Assembly (NCBI RefSeq): GCF_001194135.2
Contig: NC_068993.1
Coordinates: 35,166,281 to 35,230,280 of the forward strand
DNA: 64,000 nt
Origin: Octopus bimaculoides
Lineage: Eukaryota
Direction: 5' to 3'
A model generated the notes under the pieces. That model was not told the DNA's origin. It ran no database searches and saw only the letters and a program-made list of their open reading frames with translations. A program made the translations under genes and the position numbers. The stretch's first letter is position 1, and the number at the start of each line of letters is the position of its first letter. Shown one piece after another: positions 55,842-64,000 of the stretch.

Positions 55842-56199
55842 ACCACACTCGCGCCGTTGGTGATACGGTGATATTTTTCCTTCTGTGAACTTTNNNNNNN
55901 NNNNNNNNNNNNNNNNNNNNNNNNNNNNNNNNNNNNNNNNNNNNNNNNNNNNNNNNNNNNNNNNNNNNNNNNNNNNNNNNNNNNNNNNNNNNNNNNNNNN
56001 NNNNNNNNNNNNNNNNNNNNNNNNNNNNNNNNNNNNNNNNNNNNNNNNNNNNNNNNNNNNNNNNNNNNNNNNNNNNNNNNNNNNNNNNNNNNNNNNNNNN
56101 NNNNNNNNCGTATATATGCATATACTCATTTATTATTTGTTTTTACATGACCGAACGCCAGCGTCACCAATGTTGTAAGTAGTTTTTTCAACTTTATAT

Positions 56200-56370
56200 T
56201 TTCTGACGCTACTCTATCTCTTTCTCTATCACTTTTCCCCCTCTCGTTCTTCCTCTGTTACTACTACGTATCTCTCTTTACCCCTCTCGTTCTTCCTTCT
56301 GTTACTACTATATCTCTCTCTTTCCCCCTCGTACTTCCTTCTGTTACTACTATATTCCTCTCTTCCTCTC
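56200..56370. repeat. Imperfect ~43-bp tandem repeat x3 (ctctcgttcttcctctgttactacta...)
   Basis: Directly visible. Confidence 0.8.
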
Positions 56371-56379
56371 TTTCTCTCG

Positions 56380-56880
56380 CTGCTCACCTATTCTTCTACT
56401 TCCTCCCTTTGTTTCTCCCTCTATCACCCTCTCTTTCTCTCCCCCTTACCACTGCATGGTCACATGCTTCCGGTCACTAATCCTTTTCTTCCTTAGCTAT
56501 TGCGGAGCAAACCCGCGAACTTACTTCGTCCCCACTTTCAAGTTCGTGCCTCACAGCGTTCATATACACATAATTTTTCACGTCTGGCCGTATAGCCTTT
56601 TCCGTTTGTTTTCCTGTCTTGTTTTTTTCCGTCACTACATTCCTCCATGGCACAGGTTTAATTTGTGTATACAAATTTAATTTGCGGTCCATAGGAAGAG
56701 CCGTTTTAACGATGCGTCCTGCCCAACTCTTCGAAACGCCGGTGTTAAAACGGGGGTAGCTGATGAAGGAAAATGTTTTCTATGTGGCTTGTGTGTTTTC
56801 TGTACTCTGGTTATTATTATTTTCTTGTCTACGTTTTGTTTGCAATGTCCTGTACCCAGATATGCACCTATATATACAGG
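56380..56880 (+). mobile_element. Probable Penelope-like 3' terminal region
   Basis: Same architecture as the minus-strand element at 31460-31920: a pyrimidine-rich tract, then ggaagagc...ctc(ttc)gaaacg, then a T-rich end. No coding part is visible (gap upstream). Confidence 0.4.
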
Positions 56881-57482
56881 TAGACGTAGGTATGCNNNNN
56901 NNNNNNNNNNNNNNNNNNNNNNNNNNNNNNNNNNNNNNNNNNNNNNNNNNNNNNNNNNNNNNNNNNNNNNNNNNNNNNNNNNNNNNNNNNNNNNNNNNNN
57001 NNNNNNNNNNNNNNNNTATATATACAATGGATTTAATTCTAAATGTTTGAAGACTGCATGTGGCTTAGAATCTATTTTCCTCAGCTACTCTCTAAACCAT
57101 AGCAGGCTTAGTAAGATAAACATTATTTTCTAAAATAATTCTGTCATAGATATAACATAAGAAAACAATGTAATTATTTTGGTTTCTATTATTGGTGTAA
57201 ATTTGTTAAAAATGGCTTATCATTTCTGTTTGAAATCTATATGGTCATCTACTTCTGAAGAGAGCGGCTGATGTAATGTTTTCATTGATCAGTTACATGG
57301 AGCCACTTGAAACGGCCGTAATGTATTGACACCTGTACATCCTTACTCCTTATTCACATTCTGTTAACCTAACTTGGAGTTGTGCGGACTATACCGAACT
57401 GGCAAGATGCCTCAGTTTAAGTACCTAATTCATCTGAATCTTAATTATATATATGTATGTATGTAATATGTATGTATGTATG

Positions 57483-57830
57483 TGTGTAGCAAGAAGTTTG
57501 CTTCCCAACCACACGCTTCCGGGTTCAGTCCACTGCTGTAGCCTCGAGCTGACCAAAGCCTTGTGAGTAGGGATTTGGTAGATGGAAACTGAAAGAAGAC
57601 CGTCGTAAATATATTTGTACATTTGTATGTGTGCGTGTGTTTTTGCATCTGTGTTTGTTCAGACAGTGTTGGTGTGTTTACGTCCTCACCACCTAATAGT
57701 TCGACAAATGGAAAAACATAGAATAAGAACTAGGCTTTAAAAAATCCTGGGATCAGTTTGTTCAAGGTGGTACCCCATCAAGGCTGTAGTCAAATGACTG
57801 AGACAGGTAAAAAATAAAAGAAAAAGATAT
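57483..57830 (+). mobile_element. tRNA-derived SINE, family 2, near full length
   Basis: tRNA-like head gtgtagcaagaagtttgcttcccaaccacacgcttccgggttcagtcc (B-box-like), body gaccaaagccttgtgagt..gatttggtagatggaaactgaaagaag, and 3' end gactgagacaggtaaaaaataaaag. Confidence 0.8.
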
Positions 57831-58511
57831 ATGAGTAACAAAAAAACATAAGTTACGAAATTATTTTCATTAGCTCATTGCTTTCTCGTACATAAGGTAA
57901 ACTGAATGTAGAATGTGTTTTTAGGTTTTTAGGAAAATGCTTAAATATATGCGCTGTCGCTTCTTTCCACAAAGATACACTTCATATGATAGTACTGCAG
58001 AACTTACTTTGTGTCTCACTGCTATTCTAAACTATGGGCACAGTTTCTTTCAGACTAAACCGTTTTCAGATAATGAGAGTGATTAAAGAACTCCTGTTGT
58101 ATTTTAATTTGTTTACGCTCTTTACTGACCTTCAGTTACATATAAGTGTCTGGACTGAAAAACGACAGACACCTAACACACGCGCACGCACGCAAACGCA
58201 TTCATACACACAGAGAAAGAGAGACAGACGGCAGAATATAGATAGATAGAAAGATGGATAGATACTGACAGTCGCACAGGCACACACGCGTATAAACATA
58301 CGTACGCGCGCACACACGGGTATACACACACGGGTATACACACACACATACACGCACACATACACGCACAAACACGCATATATATGTGTATGAAGAGAAA
58401 GGGAGACGGAGAAAGATAGCTGGATAGACAGACAGACAGGTAGAAAGACGGATAAATCGACATATACACATGAATAGTTAGACAGATAGATAGATAGAGA
58501 GATAGAGATTG

Positions 58512-58551
<40 letters not shown>

Positions 58552-59312
58552 GGGGGGGGACTGAGAAATGTGCTGCTTTGAGGCTTCATACACTAGTTTT
58601 TATCCTAGCAATAGAGAAACATTAAAAAAAAAAGGAGAAAAGGAAGTTGTGCAAGCATACAATTTGCAGAAAATGCCAAAATGGATATAGTTTGGAACAT
58701 GTCACTTCACACGCACTTTGAGATTAACAGAACTTATCNNNNNNNNNNNNNNNNNNNNNNNNNNNNNNNNNNNNNNNNNNNNNNNNNNNNNNNNNNNNNN
58801 NNNNNNNNNNNNNNNNNNNNNNNNNNNNNNNNNNNNNNNNNNNNNNNNNNNNNNNNNNNNNNNNNNNNNNNNNNNNNNNNNNNNNNNNNNNNNNNNNNNN
58901 NNNNNNNNNNNNNNNNNNNNNNNNNNNNNNNNNNNNNNNNNNNNNNNNNNNNNNNNNNNNNNNNNNNNNNNNNNNNNNNNNNNNNNNNNNNNNNNNNNNN
59001 NNNNNNNNNNNNNNNNNNNNNNNNNNNNNNNNNNNNNNNNNNNNNNNNNNNNNNNNNNNNNNNNNNNNNNNNNNNNNNNNNNNNNNNNNNNNNNNNNNNN
59101 NNNNNNNNNNNNNNNNNNNNNNNNNNNNNNNNNNNNNNNNNNNNNNNNNNNNNNNNNNNNNNNNNNNNNNNNNNNNNNNNNNNNNNNNNNNNNNNNNNNN
59201 NNNNNNNNNNNNNNNNNNNNNNNNNNNNNNNNNNNNNNNNNNNNNNNNNNNNNNNNNNNNNNNNNNNNNNNNNNNNNNNNNNNNNNNNNNNNNNNNNNNN
59301 NNNNNNNNNNNN

Positions 59313-59407
<95 letters not shown>

Positions 59408-59438
59408 ACAGAATGAGAGAGAGATTATGAGAGGTAAT

Positions 59439-59544
59439 GGTGTCAGTGAGACCCAAAGGTGTCAGGTAATGCTGATTAAGTGCTCTGGAAAACCATACTT
59501 AAGCTCTAGGTTCGGTGATTATGCGAATAAGGGGTTCAACGTAG
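59439..59544 (+). repeat. Unclassified ~110-bp interspersed repeat, copy 2
   Basis: Homologous to 44924-45030 (reverse complement). Confidence 0.75.
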
Positions 59545-60773
59545 GTCATATCAGCGTGTGTATAAAAAATTTTCGTAATGAAAAGAAAGACCAAGGCTGT
59601 GTAGATTTTAGAACGTTGATAAATGGGTCTTACAGCTGTTTCCAGGATATTTATTATGTCCCTTCATCGGAGACGCTGTGAGAAGATGGTTAAGCAATAG
59701 TTAATTTAGCTAAGATACGAAATAGAGAGTGAAGTGGAGGAATGAAATTAGATGTGAGATATACAGGGATATTGTATTTGTAGATCCAATATTTAGGCAG
59801 AATGGTATACATATAAGTTTCCAATACCTTGTGAGTAAAATCCAATGGTATTTAAAATTTGTCATTCCAAGTATAGAGTTTATACACAGTGTTATTGAAT
59901 CAAGGGTTTTATTTAAAGTGACCTAAAAGTGAGGAATGTATTAGTAAGGTCAAATCGAAAACAGATGGATAGACAGACAGACATTTCGTATCTTATCTAA
60001 ATTAATTATTGCTTAACCAACTTCTCACACCGTCTCCGATGAAGGGATATAATAAATATCCTGGAACAGATATAAGACCTTCAATTTATAAATGTTCTAA
60101 AATCTATATATATATATATATATATATATNNNNNNNNNNNNNNNNNNNNNNNNNNNNNNNNNNNNNNNNNNNNNNNNNNNNNNNNNNNNNNNNNNNNNNN
60201 NNNNNNNNNNNNNNNNNNNNNNNNNNNNNNNNNNNNNNNNNNNNNNNNNNNNNNNNNNNNNNNNNNNNNNNNNNNNNNNNNNNNNNNNNNNNNNNNNNNN
60301 NNNNNNNNNNNNNNNNNNNNNNNNNNNNNNNNNNNNNNNNNNNNNNNNNNNNNNNNNNNNNNNNNNNNNNNNNNNNNNNNNNNNNNNNNNNNNNNNNNNN
60401 NNNNNNNNNNNNNNNNNNNNNNNNNNNNNNNNNNNNNNNNNNNNNNNNNNNNNNNNNNNNNNNNNNNNNNNNNNNNNNNNNNNNNNNNNNNNNNNNNNNN
60501 NNNNNNNNNNNNNNNNNNNNNNNNNNNNNNNNNNNNNNNNNNNNNNNNNNNNNNNNNNNNNNNNNNNNNNNNNNNNNNNNNNNNNNNNNNNNNNNNNNNN
60601 NNNNNNNNNNNNNNNNNNNNNNNNNNNNNNNNNNNNNNNNNNNNNNNNNNNNNNNNNNNNNNNNNNNNNNNNNNNNNNNNNNNNNNNNNNNNNNNNNNNN
60701 NNNNNNNNNNNNNNNNNNNNNNNNNNNNNNNNNNNNNNNNNNNNNNNNNNNNNNNNNNNNNNNNNNNNNNNNN

Positions 60774-60818
<45 letters not shown>

Positions 60819-60875
60819 CTACGTAAATATAATTACATATCTTTACATATCTGTAGACATGTGTGTACGTACATA

Positions 60876-60911
<36 letters not shown>

Positions 60912-61503
60912 TGTATGTATGTATGCATGCATGTATGTATGTTTACAAGTAAATATAACTGGAAAAACAGTGACAACGTAAAACATACGAAAAAAGAAGC
61001 TATCCTCATAACACCTCCGTTTGAAACAATAAACGACAGAAAGATAGAGACGTATAAAAACTCAAAAGCAGGAGAACTCACACAGCGCTCCAGTATATGA
61101 CAATATAACACTACAATATACTGCAACAGTTACTTAATCATCATCCTAAAGAAAAGAGAGAAAGCATGAAAATCTGAATCAAAGCACAAATACTATACTT
61201 GATCTTGTAGTAAAATTATATAATATGATACGTAAAAGAGAAAGCTGTAGTATTGTCACGAGACCGTAATATATAGAGACATTGATTTTGAGAAGTTCAT
61301 CTCTAAACGATATTTTCTTTAGAATAACAGCGAAAAATAGAAAGATTACCCCTGCCTTTCACTTTTAAATCATTTTCAATTACAAACACAGAGACACACA
61401 CACAGACGTGTATATCTATAAATATATCTATATATACAAATAAATATGCGCATACATTCATACATACACTCAGCCGCACATAAATATATACATGTATACA
61501 CTG

Positions 61504-61542
<39 letters not shown>

Positions 61543-61569
61543 GAGAAACACACACACATACACACATAC

Positions 61570-62430
61570 ACACATACACACACACACTCACTGGAAGGAG
61601 AAAAATATACGGCCAGTTTGCAAGAGATACAAACGTCAAGAGAGATACAGAAGGCCGGTGGCTATGGATGAGGTGGAGTGATCTGAAGATAGAGAGAGAA
61701 GCAGTCAAGAACAAGCGTTAAGGACTGACTATGTGATATGCAGGATTGACAACACTACCGCCAGCGACAAATGCAGAATGTGTGGTGAGAGGGGTGAAAT
61801 GTTATGGCACATCGTTAGCGAATACCCGAAATTGGTACAACGCGAATACAAAAGACACGACAATGTGAAAAGAATGATCCAATCACGGCCAACAGAGAGC
61901 AAAGACGTGGTATGAGAAAATCACTGAGGGAGTCACCGAGAATGAAAATTGCAAAATCCTGTGTGATATAATGATTCAGTGCGATCACCTGTCCAGACAT
62001 CGGAAATCGGACAGTGTCGTGGTAGGAAAAATGTGAATGAATATACATGATAATCGACATAGCACATCCCGGTGACAACAGGATCAAAGAGAAAGAAGAA
62101 AAACTGAACAACTATGACACATTGAAGTGGGAAAAACGAAGGTCGTGGTCAATGAGGAGAGTACGCGTGAATCCAATTGTAATTAGTGCACCTGGCAGTA
62201 TCAGCACCGAACCACCATCATGGGTCAAAATGATTGGTACAAACGCAAAGGTAGAACACCTATAAAAATCATCATTGCTTGGAACTGTAAGGATTCTTCA
62301 AAGGGTTCTTGGAGATTGACAAGTAAACAAATGTCAACTTAGTCGGTTGGCTGTGGAAGCTGACATTTTCTATCACCAAAAAACAAAACAAAAAACTGTG
62401 AGTTTGCATCAAAGAATAATAATAATAATA
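61570..62430 (+). mobile_element. R4/Dong-type LINE 3' end: CCHC knuckle, RLE endonuclease, 3' UTR and (AAT)n tail
   Basis: GRRKIYGQF; DKCRMCGERGEMLWHIVSEYPKL..REYKRHDNV; RHRKSDSVVV (H.KPD motif); IIDIAHPGD...KEEKL..Y; PIVISAPG; SLLGTVRILQRVL; then gaataataataataataa. Confidence 0.92.
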
Positions 62431-64000
62431 ACGATGATGAAGATGATGGCGACGACATAGAGGACGGTATAAGATTCTTGTGAAGAAATCCTTCTCAGTC
62501 ATTATAGAGAATATTTAGGATTAAAATCAATCTGGCCATAACAAACCTACATTTTAAGGTATAACTTATAATGTAATCACAAAGGCTATATCAAAATATC
62601 GTATATTTTACCTTTTAAGAAGTTTTCAATTCTAATTTTTACAGATGGACAAACATAGAAATTACTCCCTCAGTAGATGGTTCGCGTTTGGCTGATGTGT
62701 AAATAATACTATTAGCTAGATCCTTTCGTATAAAAAAATATACTTAAAGCTTGTTTTTGTGAATGATGTCTAAAAGAGGAGTGTGTCTGTGTACCTTTGT
62801 CTATGTGTATGTTTGTCTGTGTGAATGAGCACCGGTCATCCTAATTGAGAGTCTTCTATCAGTTGTCAAAATCTACACCGTATTATCATCAAACGCATTC
62901 AAAAATCTTATCTATCGAACATATTGAAAACATAATTGAAAATTTCAACTTAATGCAACAAGTTTAAGTGCTATACTTTCACCGAGTTTAACTGTGAAAT
63001 AAAATGGAAGACATAACTTAGTCGTAAATTTACGCATCAACATAAAAATTAGAATATTTATAAAAAAGCGGAATTTTCAAGAGTTTGCATCAACGTTGTA
63101 TATATGTTGATGCGTCTTTATAGTACTTTTTTCTAGTTTTAAGTCTTTGCAGTGACAATTTGCATAACATACTAATTACCTTACTAGTATGTAGTGGGTA
63201 TCTGAAACTCCACTGTAAATACTGGTTTCAGAATTATGCCCTCTGGAGATTATAGACACAGATGCACTTTATTGACAATGGAACCTGCAACACAATAGAT
63301 TGGGAACAGTTTCTAACTACCAATAACCACACCTTGGATAAGTCTAATTGGCTATGATACGGCATCTGTGTACACAATAGATTAAATGGTGCATTTATAT
63401 TCAAATGGTAGTGTTGGATATCTAGAACATCGTTGTTCGGAGTTGTTGCTGTTGTTTAAATAAACCTGTCCTGTGCAAATATATGGCAAACTACGTTACA
63501 ACCATGACCAGCACATTCTCTTTTGTGATTTTATGTATCAAGGTCCACATTATGCAATGTGTCCCTCCGTTTTTAAGGCAGTAAGCTACTATATCAGGGA
63601 GATTTAGATGCAATTTGTCGCATGACGAGCAATCTTGTGGCTTCCGCCAGTAAATATCATTATGAAGAGGAACCTCCATTCAGACAACGCTGCCTAAATG
63701 AGAGGATTCAGTGAAGTCATTTTGGTTGGTGCTAAACTTTAAGTGCAGGAAATTAAAATTAGTAATTGGAAATTGCATGTTTAGTAAATTATCCCGACTA
63801 AAAGAATTTCGTTTGTGATTTAACGGTGGGCTTCATAGAATGATAAATGATTGAATACAGAGAAATGAATAGAAAGAACAGTTTGTCGTGGAGCAAGTAG
63901 ACAAATTTAAAATTTAAAGACACATACATATGTACACGCATACACACACGCAAACACACACACATATACATATATACATATATACATATACATACATATA

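Overview
AT-rich eukaryotic genomic scaffold, dense in microsatellites and broken by many N-gaps. By recalled resemblance of its SINE families and repeat landscape it is probably an octopus (coleoid cephalopod) draft assembly; this is inference, not a database result. I find no host protein-coding exon that I can support. Most long ORFs in the supplied track are artefacts of N-runs or simple repeats. The interpretable content is transposable-element debris: four Penelope-like (PLE) remnants, four R4/Dong-type (RLE) LINE fragments, three RTE-type LINE fragments, one LINE ORF1-like remnant, mariner and Tc1 remnants, one mariner-type and one hAT-type MITE, and about 17 tRNA-derived SINE copies in three families. 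The observations most worth follow-up are two hammerhead-ribozyme-like motifs with altered cores at PLE ends, a 224-bp-arm near-perfect foldback, a compact ~80-nt hairpin, an unclassified ~600-bp retroposon embedded in a TAA microsatellite, and repeated association of retroelement 5' ends with (TAA/ATT)n arrays. All protein-family calls come from manual translation and remembered motifs, not from searches. The window does not demonstrate a new biological system.
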